This document shows positions 29,513 through 39,554 of a stretch of DNA of 64,000 nt, piece after piece; within the stretch, counting starts at the first letter, position 1, and every line of letters begins with the position of its first letter. The position numbers were made by a program, and so were the translations under genes. Source of the DNA: a virus; IMG/VR virus record IMGVR_UViG_3300026488_000013, positions 103,051 through 167,050 of that record; one strand, given 5' to 3'. Under the pieces are notes generated by a model. It ran no database searches. It was given only the letters and a program-made list of their open reading frames with translations, and was not told the origin of the DNA.

Positions 29513-32035
29513 TTATGGAATTAAAAAATTAAAAAAATAACCAGAATTAGAATGTTCCGTTTTAATAGCCGAAATAATTTTGTCAAAATTTTTTATTTTT
29601 TCATCTAATACCTTTTCTCTTTGTGTCTGAAAATCTATCTCTATACCAACTTCTTTCAATTTGTCCAATAGGAATTTGGGTTTTATTCCCGGCGGGACAA
29701 AAATAACATTTATTTTTTCCTTTATCCACTGTAAAGGATTTTTCATTGTAAATATCTCCTTTAATTGATAACCCGACAACTCGGTTTTTTTCTTGGTTTT
29801 CAATATTTCGTCTATTCTTTTTTTCAACTTTAATGGATTAGTTATTTTAATAGAAAGTCTGTATGATTTTTTACCGGGGCGCAATTCATCCTTAAAAATT
29901 GTATTCCAAAATTTGGCTGCTAAAACATACGCAGGTTCCTTTTTATAATTTGCCTTAGACCATGAGCTGGGTATTCCGATATATTTTAAGTTTAATTCTC
30001 TAACACTCTCGTTATATCTATTTACCCAATACATTTTCCTTTCAATATATACTGCAGGCAGTTTTTCGATTTCTCTTCTATAATCTATAAATGTTTGAAT
30101 AATATCCATTTGTAGTTCCTTAGTAAATGGGGCCGCATCGGAGCGAACAACCTCAAATCCGGTAATTTTAACTTTGGGTGGGTCATATAAAACTTTATCA
30201 TCCATTAACATATTCACAAAATATCTTTTTTTAGCATCAATAAATGCTATCGCATCCATAACAATTTCTGTTTTGAAATCTAATGTGTTCCATTCCGGAG
30301 ACACATTACAATAATTCAAAACTTCCCCTTGCCATCTTTGCTTTAGATAATCGTTGATTTCTATAGCCAACGGTTTTATAAAATCTTCATATACCTTTTT
30401 AACTATTTCTGGTTTTGATAAATCCCAACCTCTTTCTAATATCCTAGTGTAATTATCAATAAACACAAATAATGAATCAGTGTCTGAATACAGAATATTC
30501 GGAATATTGTTATCTTTCTCAACATCCATAAAGAATGTCGGTGTTGTTATTATATTTTCTTCATCATCATTGATATCAAATACTGCGGTTTCACCCGTCG
30601 CAAATGGTCTATATCCAGAGTATTCTTCAATTTTATTTTCCAATTTGGTCTTAATCTGTAATTTATTAAACTCATACTCCAATTCTTCTAAAACATAATG
30701 TTTCCTTTTATACATTTCAGTATGCGATTCTATTATGTCTTTAAATTCGTCTAGCTTTGAACGCTGTAAATCTTTATAAAATTTGTAATCATATATTATT
30801 TCCGAATTTAGATTCTCACGGTTTTCAATAAAAGAAATTTCTTTTATATCGTTGGTTCTATCCGTAAAATACACTGTATGGCTAAAAGGGATTTTCCAAT
30901 AATAGATTTCATCCGTATCTTTTTTAGTAGTTATAAACAGATATTCGTTTGTTTCCTGAAGAATATTAATATCTAACAACAAGTATTCATCTGGTATTTC
31001 ATCGGGAGAACTTACCTTAAATACATTAATATCTTCCTGCTCAAAATTATTGTTTGTTTTCCCTGGCCTTGATGCAGATTTAATATGTTTTATTTCTTCT
31101 TGTAAAAATGAGAAGAATTTTTCATATTCAGGCGGAGTATCTATATTTTCACGTATATATTTTGATGGGTGAGTTAAATAATACACTTTTATATTTTTTT
31201 CATTAATTAATTGCTGGAGTTGCTCCGAGGATTCTATTAAATTCCTATTTTCACCTTTCCCTAAAACAACAATTATATCTGGGTCAAACTGATTTATTTC
31301 TTCTATCAGATTATTGACACAGAAGTTCTTAAAAATATCGATTAACGGAACTTCTGAGACATTTTTCAATGTTTCTTGGTTAGAAGTTGAACATTTTATG
31401 GAGTTGGTAAAAATATATCTACAATTCAATTGTTCGGTATATTTTCTTAACAATTGACCTGCTTTTCCAACAAAAGGCTCGCCTCTCTTTGCTTCTTCTG
31501 TCCCCGGATTTATCCCAACAAAAAGTATAGTAGGTTTGTCGATATTACTATTAAAAATTTTATAAGAAACTTTCCTTAAATCCTTATTTAAAAGTGGACA
31601 GTTCAAACAATATTTAGAATAAATATTTTCATATTTTTTATACTTATTCCTATAGTACAGAACAAAACTATCCTCTATATTTTTGTTATTGTCAATTTCT
31701 GATAAAACTGGATGTGAATAATTGTTGATTGGATTCTTAGTATAAGGTAGATTCTTTAATTCGTCTAGGTTAAATTCGCCGGGATTATTGAAGTATAAAG
31801 GGATAATTTCATTTAAAAAATAAACGATTAAATCCTGAAGTTTATATTTATTGTGAGCACTTTTATTTAGGTCTAACAATTTAATAAAAATATTATTAAG
31901 TCGAGGGGAATTAGAAAATATTCTAAACAGTTGCTTCAATACGAAACTATAATTATCTCTTATTATATCGATTTCGTCGTTATTTAGCTTTTCTCCATTA
32001 AAAGGTTTTACAATCAGGTCTAACAACTGTCGCAT
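29513..32035 (-). CDS. polB: Uracil-DNA glycosylase (family-4-like) fused to family-B DNA polymerase part 3 (motif C + thumb)
   Basis: UDG: CLNCPL, FVGINPGTEE..GEPFVGKAGQLL, TNSIKC, FC, THPS; Pol: LYSDTDSLFV, DFKTE, AKKRY, KITGFEVVRSD. Confidence 0.88.
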   Translation of the reverse strand: MRQLLDLIVKPFNGEKLNNDEIDIIRDNYSFVLKQLFRIFSNSPRLNNIFIKLLDLNKSAHNKYKLQDLIVYFLNEIIPLYFNNPGEFNLDELKNLPYTKNPINNYSHPVLSEIDNNKNIEDSFVLYYRNKYKKYENIYSKYCLNCPLLNKDLRKVSYKIFNSNIDKPTILFVGINPGTEEAKRGEPFVGKAGQLLRKYTEQLNCRYIFTNSIKCSTSNQETLKNVSEVPLIDIFKNFCVNNLIEEINQFDPDIIVVLGKGENRNLIESSEQLQQLINEKNIKVYYLTHPSKYIRENIDTPPEYEKFFSFLQEEIKHIKSASRPGKTNNNFEQEDINVFKVSSPDEIPDEYLLLDINILQETNEYLFITTKKDTDEIYYWKIPFSHTVYFTDRTNDIKEISFIENRENLNSEIIYDYKFYKDLQRSKLDEFKDIIESHTEMYKRKHYVLEELEYEFNKLQIKTKLENKIEEYSGYRPFATGETAVFDINDDEENIITTPTFFMDVEKDNNIPNILYSDTDSLFVFIDNYTRILERGWDLSKPEIVKKVYEDFIKPLAIEINDYLKQRWQGEVLNYCNVSPEWNTLDFKTEIVMDAIAFIDAKKRYFVNMLMDDKVLYDPPKVKITGFEVVRSDAAPFTKELQMDIIQTFIDYRREIEKLPAVYIERKMYWVNRYNESVRELNLKYIGIPSSWSKANYKKEPAYVLAAKFWNTIFKDELRPGKKSYRLSIKITNPLKLKKRIDEILKTKKKTELSGYQLKEIFTMKNPLQWIKEKINVIFVPPGIKPKFLLDKLKEVGIEIDFQTQREKVLDEKIKNFDKIISAIKTEHSNSGYFFNFLIP

Positions 32036-32060
32036 AACTGCTATTCCTCAGAATAGAAAA

Positions 32061-32918
32061 TTACTTTTTAAAAAATCTATTAAACATATCTCCCTTGCGT
32101 AATCTTTTTATTTTAACAATTCTGCTCGGTTGGAAAAAGTCATGATATGTAATATACATAGTATCGTTAGTGTCTAATTTAAAAACATACACTGGGTTGT
32201 CATGTTCTGTCAAGTCAAAATTTACACCTATAAACACATGAGGTAAATATTTATATCCTCCAGGCGGGTTCAAAGGTGCATTTATATAATTATATTTTTG
32301 AAGTTCGTTGATAATTTCGCTAATGTTATATCTGTAATTAACTAATATCCCGCTAAACGGGTCAACAGACGAGATGATTTCACTATAATTCCCTTGTTTA
32401 TCGAGTATCCTAACATCTATAACAGAAAACGAGAGAGTAGATTGATTATATTGACAAGCATATATCTCGATATTATCGATATTTTTCTTGAGTGTTGCAG
32501 GTATGGTTTCCTTCCTCACGACATACTTTCCTTTCTCGTTTAATATTTCAAAAGGAATGACTATCTTTTCCTTGAACGAAACAACTTCATATTCATCCGT
32601 TTTCGGGAGTTTAGGAATTATATATTGGAGGCCTTCCTTATAATCATACACAATGATATACCTCTTAGTTTCGAGTGCCCCCATTTGAATATCGATAGCG
32701 AAAGTATTTATAAACTTTAGTAAAAAATCCTCGTTAATCTGGGGCAGGTGTTCCTTAACAAAATCCTCGGGCTGGGCTAATTTTAAATATCCTCCGAATT
32801 CCGAATTTTCAAACCTTTCCAATATAATGTTGAAAATAACCTCAATGCCCTTATTTATAGCTATTGGATAAATGTTTTGGTTTTCCTTCTGTTTATTTCC
32901 AATACCAAATAATCCCAT
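32061..32918 (-). CDS. Hypothetical protein
   Basis: AAGGGGG SD before MGLFGIG at 32918. Confidence 0.65.
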   Translation of the reverse strand: MGLFGIGNKQKENQNIYPIAINKGIEVIFNIILERFENSEFGGYLKLAQPEDFVKEHLPQINEDFLLKFINTFAIDIQMGALETKRYIIVYDYKEGLQYIIPKLPKTDEYEVVSFKEKIVIPFEILNEKGKYVVRKETIPATLKKNIDNIEIYACQYNQSTLSFSVIDVRILDKQGNYSEIISSVDPFSGILVNYRYNISEIINELQKYNYINAPLNPPGGYKYLPHVFIGVNFDLTEHDNPVYVFKLDTNDTMYITYHDFFQPSRIVKIKRLRKGDMFNRFFKK

Positions 32919-32961
32919 TCTAAATAACCCCCTTTTAAAATGTGTTGAAAAATAAAAACAA

Positions 32962-33219
32962 TTAATTTGGAGAAAACAAATCAATTGTTTCTATATACTC
33001 TATTATCAATCTATCTAATACCATTTTGAATATCTTAGGTGATATACATCCATCATATTTTATTGTTAACTCATCAATATCTGTTTCATATATTTTAAAA
33101 ATCATTACTTCATGTTCCATATTATGAAAAATGAAATCCGTTAGAAAATCTTTGAACTCTTTTATCCTTTTTCTATTTATTGTTATTATCTCGGGAAGAA
33201 GAATTGTTACTTTTTTCAT
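32962..33219 (-). CDS. Hypothetical protein
   Basis: 85-aa ORF in operon-like array. Confidence 0.55.
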   Translation of the reverse strand: MKKVTILLPEIITINRKRIKEFKDFLTDFIFHNMEHEVMIFKIYETDIDELTIKYDGCISPKIFKMVLDRLIIEYIETIDLFSPN

Positions 33220-33781
33220 ACATATTAATATCCATATTACTCAGTAATTTTTTAAATGCATCAAGCACCATTACAAAATCCAATATTAAATAATTGTTCA
33301 GCAGTTCCAATTTCGTTTTTATATTTGTTTTTACCTCTTCTTTAATATCACCAACACGGCACAAACATAACGGCACGCCATAATCATATTCAAACACAAC
33401 CATAGGTTTTAACCCAAATTCTTCTGCCTTTAATTTTGTATCATAAAATATTTTACCTAATTCAATTTTCAAGAATTCATTTTCATCTCTTAAAGATAAA
33501 AGTCTATGTAATTTATAATCTAATTTTTTCCATTTTTTACATTCTATTAAAAAAGGAAAATATTTAAACCCTATTGATAAATCAATATCTCCTTTTAATC
33601 TGTTGGAAGAACCGGATGCGAAATCTCTATTTGGAAGAAATATTTGTTTTACCTTTTTATTATCTATTGTTGAAAGGAAATTTCTATACTCTGGGATATA
33701 TTTCAAATATCTTTCGTAAATTAATTTGGCTATTTTATCTTCAAATTTTTTGCCTTTTTGTTTTCTGCTGCGACCTTTCAT
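33173..33781 (-). CDS. Holliday junction resolvase (Hjc-like PD-(D/E)xK nuclease)
   Basis: SRKQKGKKFE..IAK, GDI, LIECKK. Confidence 0.75.
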   Translation of the reverse strand: MKGRSRKQKGKKFEDKIAKLIYERYLKYIPEYRNFLSTIDNKKVKQIFLPNRDFASGSSNRLKGDIDLSIGFKYFPFLIECKKWKKLDYKLHRLLSLRDENEFLKIELGKIFYDTKLKAEEFGLKPMVVFEYDYGVPLCLCRVGDIKEEVKTNIKTKLELLNNYLILDFVMVLDAFKKLLSNMDINMYEKSNNSSSRDNNNK

Positions 33782-33783
33782 GA

Positions 33784-34209
33784 TTACTCGTCCGCTATAT
33801 CTCCCTGCAGTTTTCGTAAGTTATGTATTTCCTTGTGGCAAAGTTCACAAATAGTAATACTTTTAACTTCATTGTTAAGATGTTTTTCCATTATTAATTT
33901 AGCCAAATCGATTGGAGTGTATGATAATATAGAATTATCCTCAATTAATTCAGTTATTACATTGTAGATTACTTCAAATAAGGTTGGGTCATGATGAACT
34001 TCCGGTTTTGCATTGTCTGGTGGGCGACCACAATTAGGACATGCAGTATATCCTTTCTTTTTTATTTTAGCCCAAATATCATATTCGGGAGTTTTACGAC
34101 AAAGGGAAGAGATTTTTTTGGTTAATTTAATTATATTTTTCTCTTTTGTTAAATCGTATCCGTAATAATCTTGTATATCTTCCGTAGAATAAAGTTTATA
34201 CACAACCAT
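33784..34209 (-). CDS. HNH-like zinc-binding protein
   Basis: CPNC, EVHH, ICELCHKEIH. Confidence 0.7.
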   Translation of the reverse strand: MVVYKLYSTEDIQDYYGYDLTKEKNIIKLTKKISSLCRKTPEYDIWAKIKKKGYTACPNCGRPPDNAKPEVHHDPTLFEVIYNVITELIEDNSILSYTPIDLAKLIMEKHLNNEVKSITICELCHKEIHNLRKLQGDIADE

Positions 34210-35083
34210 AGTTTAAAGATAAAACGGGTAAAATTACCTGTTCATAAACTCGTTGGAAATTATAATTTATTAGGTCTTGTTTAGAAATATTGTTTACATC
34301 AATAAATCTCTTTTTGTTCGGATTATAAATTTTTCCAAATTCAAATCCTCCTATTAGCTTCTGTATAGGTTCGGCCAATTCGGATGTTGTTAAAACGTCT
34401 TTCATAGATTCTATATATCGTTTAATAGTTCGTGCCTTATCGAAATAATCATCCAAAGGAGTTTTAAGATTTATAATGTTTAAAATATACTGAGAAATAT
34501 ACTTTAAATTGCCCTTTATTACAATTTCCTCGGGTGAATAATAAATAAACAAATCGCTACCAGTTCTTATCAGTTTATAAACAGGTTTCTCCTTCACTTT
34601 AAACCCTTTTAGTTTTCTTTCCAATTTAGAGTGTTCAGATTTTTTACTATATATTCCAACTATAGCACCATCACGAACAAACTCAAATAATACCGCCGGT
34701 TCGTATTTATCATTAATATATTCAAACAATAATTCTTTATATTTTTTTTCTATTTCGTTTATGAATTTGTTAAACTCTTTTTCTTTATCCTTAAATATTT
34801 TATATTTTAGTGCTTTAAATGCGCATTCATGTTGTTTTTGTTTATTATGGAATATCTTTGTATTTTCATAACATTCCCTAATCTTCTCAAATATATCTGG
34901 GAAGAAATTTACCAGTATAGTTTTAAAAGCTTTGCTTAAATCAAATTCTATTATTTTCATAAATTCACTTGTTTTAACACAATACCTATCCGACAAAGAA
35001 TATTTAACTAAATTCTTCGTTTCTATTTCTTTGAGTTGGGTTTCATAGAAGTTTTTATCTTTAGTTAGCATAAATTCAAACAT
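34196..35083 (-). CDS. Hypothetical protein with possible minimal polymerase-palm motifs
   Basis: IIEFDLSKAF..IL (motif-A-like) and FVRDGAIV (motif-C-like). Confidence 0.35.
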   Translation of the reverse strand: MFEFMLTKDKNFYETQLKEIETKNLVKYSLSDRYCVKTSEFMKIIEFDLSKAFKTILVNFFPDIFEKIRECYENTKIFHNKQKQHECAFKALKYKIFKDKEKEFNKFINEIEKKYKELLFEYINDKYEPAVLFEFVRDGAIVGIYSKKSEHSKLERKLKGFKVKEKPVYKLIRTGSDLFIYYSPEEIVIKGNLKYISQYILNIINLKTPLDDYFDKARTIKRYIESMKDVLTTSELAEPIQKLIGGFEFGKIYNPNKKRFIDVNNISKQDLINYNFQRVYEQVILPVLSLNYGCV

Positions 35084-35100
35084 AGCTCTTAAACCTCCTT

Positions 35101-35113
35101 GAAACAGTTTTTA
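35101..35113 (-). promoter_or_regulatory. TAAAAACTGTTT box upstream of SD
   Basis: TAAAAACTGTTTCAAGGAGG. Confidence 0.55.
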
Positions 35114-35452
35114 TTTATCAGAATTTGTGTTTGAATTTATCACAGGTTTTGAATTTTTATCCGATTCAGATATTTTAAAAATACTATCTAAGCATTCATC
35201 AACATGGGTGAGCAATAACAACATAAATAACAAAAATAATAATAACAACAAAATATCTTGAACAAATGTTATTAATGCAAAGTATTTCATTTCAAATATA
35301 TTAGTATCGCTATTCAATAAAATATAAATTGATTTTATTAATGTCGAACCAACCAATAAACCTACGAAAAATAATACAAAACTGAAAGCTTTTAATAATA
35401 CGCCATCTTTGAAAAATTCAATTTTATTTCTTAAGTTCTTTAATAACTTCAT
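35111..35452 (-). CDS. Small membrane protein (2 TM)
   Basis: Two hydrophobic stretches; GAGGAGG SD. Confidence 0.65.
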   Translation of the reverse strand: MKLLKNLRNKIEFFKDGVLLKAFSFVLFFVGLLVGSTLIKSIYILLNSDTNIFEMKYFALITFVQDILLLLLFLLFMLLLLTHVDECLDSIFKISESDKNSKPVINSNTNSDK

Positions 35453-36647
35453 TTAACACCTCCTCTATTGAGTTAGATGCGGCGGATTTTAATATTTCAA
35501 ATTTTATATTGGTTAACTCATACAACATACTCATTAAAATATTCTCTGGGAATAATGTTGTATCAACATTAATATAGTTTTTATAAAAAATTGAGGTATA
35601 CATCGGATTATTTCTTTCATATTTGGAAATTAAATTCTCATATATATGTTTATAATTAATTTTTACCTTCTTGCTTTCTGCGTAGTGAACCAAATTCTCT
35701 ATTTCTTTGTATGTTTTTATTAATTTTAGCAACGGAGCATATTTAGGTTTTAGCTTTGGTTTTAAATTTATAGCATCTGTTAGTGTTTTTTCTAATTTGG
35801 ATAGGTTAAATGTGGTTATAAACAAGCCGAGCAACTTTGGTGTATATATCGTATCCAAAACAGATATAAATTGATTTATTTTTGATATTATTTCAGATTC
35901 TACTGAATATACTTCCGGTGTGGAAGAAGAATAACCTAATTCAGTTTCTATTATATTCTCGATTATGTCCCTATTAAATTCCCTGGTCGCAGGATTTACA
36001 GAATATTGGAAAATCTGAATAATGTCTCTTAAAGATTTATTCAAATCAACTATAAACTTTTCAACATATTTTTTCACTTCATGATTATCGTAGTTAGAAA
36101 CTTTTTCATTCTCAAATATCCTTATTACAAAATCGGCGACTTTGTCGGGTGGGAGCTTATTGAATTTTTTAATTATAAATCTTTGTAAAAAGTGTGGGTC
36201 GATATTTTGTAAATAATCCAATCTGTTAGTTAGGCCTATAAAATATGTTCTTAGCCTATTCGCATCCTCAATTATTGATTTCAATTCAGTTATAGCTTTT
36301 TGTGATAGTCTATCTATCTCCTCAATAACTACTATTTTAACTTTTGAATTTATTGGTGACGTTTTTATCCATTTTTTTAATTCATCTATATCGTCTATGC
36401 GTCGCCCGGTTACCCTATAATAATTCCTAGGATTGTTTCCGGTTATCTGCTTTATCAAAATATTTGCAAGGGTGGTTTTACCGGTGCCGCCTCTTCCATA
36501 AAAAATGTAGTTCTGGTCAATATACCTATTATTTACATAAGATTTGAATTTTTCTATGTCGTGTTGGTTGAAATCTATTGGGAAAACGAACTCTTCTATT
36601 GTTTTCGGTCTATATTTCTCTGTCCATGGAGTTAAGTCAATACTCAT
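35424..36647 (-). CDS. Clamp loader AAA+ subunit (RFC-small/gp44-like)
   Basis: PWTEKYRPKTIEE, GRGGTGKTT, VVIEEIDRLS. Confidence 0.9.
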   Translation of the reverse strand: MSIDLTPWTEKYRPKTIEEFVFPIDFNQHDIEKFKSYVNNRYIDQNYIFYGRGGTGKTTLANILIKQITGNNPRNYYRVTGRRIDDIDELKKWIKTSPINSKVKIVVIEEIDRLSQKAITELKSIIEDANRLRTYFIGLTNRLDYLQNIDPHFLQRFIIKKFNKLPPDKVADFVIRIFENEKVSNYDNHEVKKYVEKFIVDLNKSLRDIIQIFQYSVNPATREFNRDIIENIIETELGYSSSTPEVYSVESEIISKINQFISVLDTIYTPKLLGLFITTFNLSKLEKTLTDAINLKPKLKPKYAPLLKLIKTYKEIENLVHYAESKKVKINYKHIYENLISKYERNNPMYTSIFYKNYINVDTTLFPENILMSMLYELTNIKFEILKSAASNSIEEVLNEVIKELKK

Positions 36648-36711
36648 AACTGATTAATACCCATATGGACATTGAGCTTGAAAAAGAAAAAACAGGTTGA
36701 ATCAACTTTTA

Positions 36712-37041
36712 TTATCGAACCGAAACACGAATTGATATAGATTTTGTTATAAACCCTTCTTGAGGTATTGTCGCTTCAACATATGCGGCTCCATGTCTTT
36801 TCTGTGCCGCCCATTTAGTCACTTCTTGTCTAATTTCCCTAACAAACCTCTCAGATATATTCCTATCAAATATCTTTTTGGCTGCGGTAATCTCGATGAA
36901 ATATGTGGGGTATTTATCTAAAACTGTGTTATCCATTATTTTCACTTTTATAAACTTTTTTTCATTTTCATCAAATATGTCTAAAAGCTTATTAATTTTT
37001 TCGCCTAAAATCTCCTTTAAGTCATTGCTCATATTATGCAC
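36712..37041 (-). CDS. Hypothetical protein
   Basis: 109-aa ORF. Confidence 0.6.
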   Translation of the reverse strand: MHNMSNDLKEILGEKINKLLDIFDENEKKFIKVKIMDNTVLDKYPTYFIEITAAKKIFDRNISERFVREIRQEVTKWAAQKRHGAAYVEATIPQEGFITKSISIRVSVR

Positions 37042-37399
37042 CCCCGTTAAAAACTATTTTTAAAAATTCAATTGATTTGTGAACAAAGAAATAAGACGAT
37101 ACGAGTGTTACAACAATTAAAGCTACAGATAATCCCAAATATTTATAATTATTTTTATCGTTTGCAAAAATATTTAACAAAACATTCCCCATAATACTTA
37201 ACCATACAGCGATATATAACATGCCCAGTATTGCGGCGGTTTTTAAAACCTCGTTGAATGTGATATATGATTTCACCAATCCATAAATCGCTGCACCAAT
37301 ATCCGCTAAACCAAAAATATTAACAGCCGCCATTGATGCGTAGAATATAATCATTGCGGCGAAGAGGAATACAGCAATTAAGCTATTGGTTGACTTCAT
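37034..37399 (-). CDS. Membrane protein (3 TM)
   Basis: Hydrophobic 121-aa ORF with GGAGG SD. Confidence 0.65.
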   Translation of the reverse strand: MKSTNSLIAVFLFAAMIIFYASMAAVNIFGLADIGAAIYGLVKSYITFNEVLKTAAILGMLYIAVWLSIMGNVLLNIFANDKNNYKYLGLSVALIVVTLVSSYFFVHKSIEFLKIVFNGGA

Positions 37400-37640
37400 T
37401 TCCTAACCCTCCGTTTTGCAAAAAATATTCTATTTCAAGAAAATATCCATACAAAGTTTTTAAAAATGATTTTATATTTTCGTCGCTATTTAAACAATCA
37501 TCAATAAGATTTATTTCTTTATCAAAAATTATTCTGTCTGGCTTCCCAAGAAATTCTATTAAATCTTTAACATGACATACAATAATTCTAACAGTGTATT
37601 TACTAATTTCAAAACATTTTGTCATCTGGCGGTAATTCAA
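37383..37640 (-). CDS. Hypothetical protein
   Basis: 85-aa ORF overlapping the next gene's start. Confidence 0.5.
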   Translation of the reverse strand: MNYRQMTKCFEISKYTVRIIVCHVKDLIEFLGKPDRIIFDKEINLIDDCLNSDENIKSFLKTLYGYFLEIEYFLQNGGLGNEVNQ

Positions 37641-37727
37641 TTATAAATAGCAGCAATTTAAAATGAAATTTGCGGAAAATAAAAGAAAATGAACAAAGAA
37701 AAAATAAAAGGTTTAAAAGAATTAAAC

Positions 37728-37978
37728 AGCCCCGCCATAGGAAGTTAGGAAATTATTCCAAAAAGATATCTGCGCATATTAGACACATATATAGTGTCCT
37801 GTTTCGCCCTTGGAGCTCTATTTGATTTTCTTCTATAAACGGTGCATTGCAGCGGTGGCAAATGCCAACAACCCTACCGCCTGTAAAGTAAACGAGCCCT
37901 TCTTTTTAAAAAGTTAGTCTTATACCCCGTTATAATTAATCTTAGTTAACTGGCTCTCTACAAAAACTGGCGAAGAGA
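37728..37978. ncRNA. Candidate structured non-coding RNA
   Basis: GC-enriched ORF-free island with complementary ends (37730..37737 / 37968..37975) and internal hairpins. Confidence 0.35.
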
Positions 37979-38000
37979 AACAAAACAATTTAAAAAGAGG

Positions 38001-39554
38001 TTAAACAGGAATAATAAAAATCTTTTCTCCCACTTTTTTCCTAACTATATATACATTATGTTTATTATATAGAAGAGAGAATTTTATATCATTTAGAACC
38101 TTTTTATCACTTTCATTTTTTATTTTTAAACTCCATAAATTCTGATTATCAGATTTATTATTTTTATTTACTTCTAATTCAATCAACTTGATACCAGGTA
38201 TATTATTATCTGAAGATATTAATAAATATACATTAGAAGATTTTCTATTAAATACATCCATCGATTCAATAACGATTTCACCATTTTTATTTATAAATAA
38301 CGGCGAAATAACATTATTTTTATCATATAAAGGCAACGAAGATAGCAATGTTCGCACAATATTATCAATTTCTTTAAAATCTTTATTGAGGCTAAAATCT
38401 GTTATTTCAACTACACCCTCATTTTTATTTTCATTTGTTTTATTGTTCACAAACATGTTTATGCTGTGTACTATTTCATAAATAATATCATACTGAAATT
38501 TAGTGTCATAATTCCTAATATTGCTAAATTCTGTGATATTAATTTTTATACCATAAATCATATTTAAATACTTAATTACGTTGTGGTTTATTACAGTATT
38601 CAAATTTATTTTATTATCTATATTGTGTAGTTCCCGTTGAACATTTATTCCATATAATTTATTGATAACATCAACAATAAATTGCCTTAATCTTAATATA
38701 ACCTTTACAAAATTATGTTTAAAATAATCATGCACATCCTCTTTTGTTACGGTATCCACATATCGATTGATTTTATATAATTTTTTAATAATAAAACTTA
38801 AAGATTTTGTCACTAAATCTTGTAAATCGTTAAAGTTAATATGTAATAATTCTACATATTCGATTCCGCCATAAATCGGGGTTTTAATATCGATAACATC
38901 GCCCGGAATTAAACTACTTAAAACCTCCTTATTCGCAAAAAATTTGCTGTCAATGTTCCGTCTCTTATATCTAACTAATACTGGTTTATTATCAAATTGA
39001 TTAATATATTTTCCTGTTACAATGTCAATCATCGGAAATGCTATACTAGATGCGGCTTTTATTGCTGTATATGCCAAATAATTTTTTTCGTTTACACTTA
39101 AGTTATCAATTTTGTTAATAAACTCAATTTTATTTTCTTCAATGTATCTGTCAATTTCCTTACAATAATCAATAATATTTCTACCTTCGATTTTATTTTT
39201 TAAATAATCTTCATAAAAAGCTTCAGCAGTTACATTTGAGTTATTTCTAAAAGTTACTATTCTAGTTACATATTTATATAAACCAATAGTATCATCTCCT
39301 GTAAAATTAATTTCTCCCCATTGTAAAGAAAATGATGCACGGCGTTTATATTTTTCCAATTTAGGATTAATTAACAAATCTAAAGTCACTAGAAACTCCA
39401 ATATTGGAGCTACTTCGAGATTTAATATAGAATAATATAGATTCCATTTTAATTCTTCTTCTGAACTGTAATAACTTCCTATATAAAGAGGACAATAAAT
39501 AGTTCCAGAAAGGGGATACATTTTCCCTACTTCCAAAAATTTGTAATCTTTCAT
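38001..39554 (-). CDS. Hypothetical protein
   Basis: 517-aa ORF, AAGGAGG SD. Confidence 0.7.
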   Translation of the reverse strand: MKDYKFLEVGKMYPLSGTIYCPLYIGSYYSSEEELKWNLYYSILNLEVAPILEFLVTLDLLINPKLEKYKRRASFSLQWGEINFTGDDTIGLYKYVTRIVTFRNNSNVTAEAFYEDYLKNKIEGRNIIDYCKEIDRYIEENKIEFINKIDNLSVNEKNYLAYTAIKAASSIAFPMIDIVTGKYINQFDNKPVLVRYKRRNIDSKFFANKEVLSSLIPGDVIDIKTPIYGGIEYVELLHINFNDLQDLVTKSLSFIIKKLYKINRYVDTVTKEDVHDYFKHNFVKVILRLRQFIVDVINKLYGINVQRELHNIDNKINLNTVINHNVIKYLNMIYGIKINITEFSNIRNYDTKFQYDIIYEIVHSINMFVNNKTNENKNEGVVEITDFSLNKDFKEIDNIVRTLLSSLPLYDKNNVISPLFINKNGEIVIESMDVFNRKSSNVYLLISSDNNIPGIKLIELEVNKNNKSDNQNLWSLKIKNESDKKVLNDIKFSLLYNKHNVYIVRKKVGEKIFIIPV

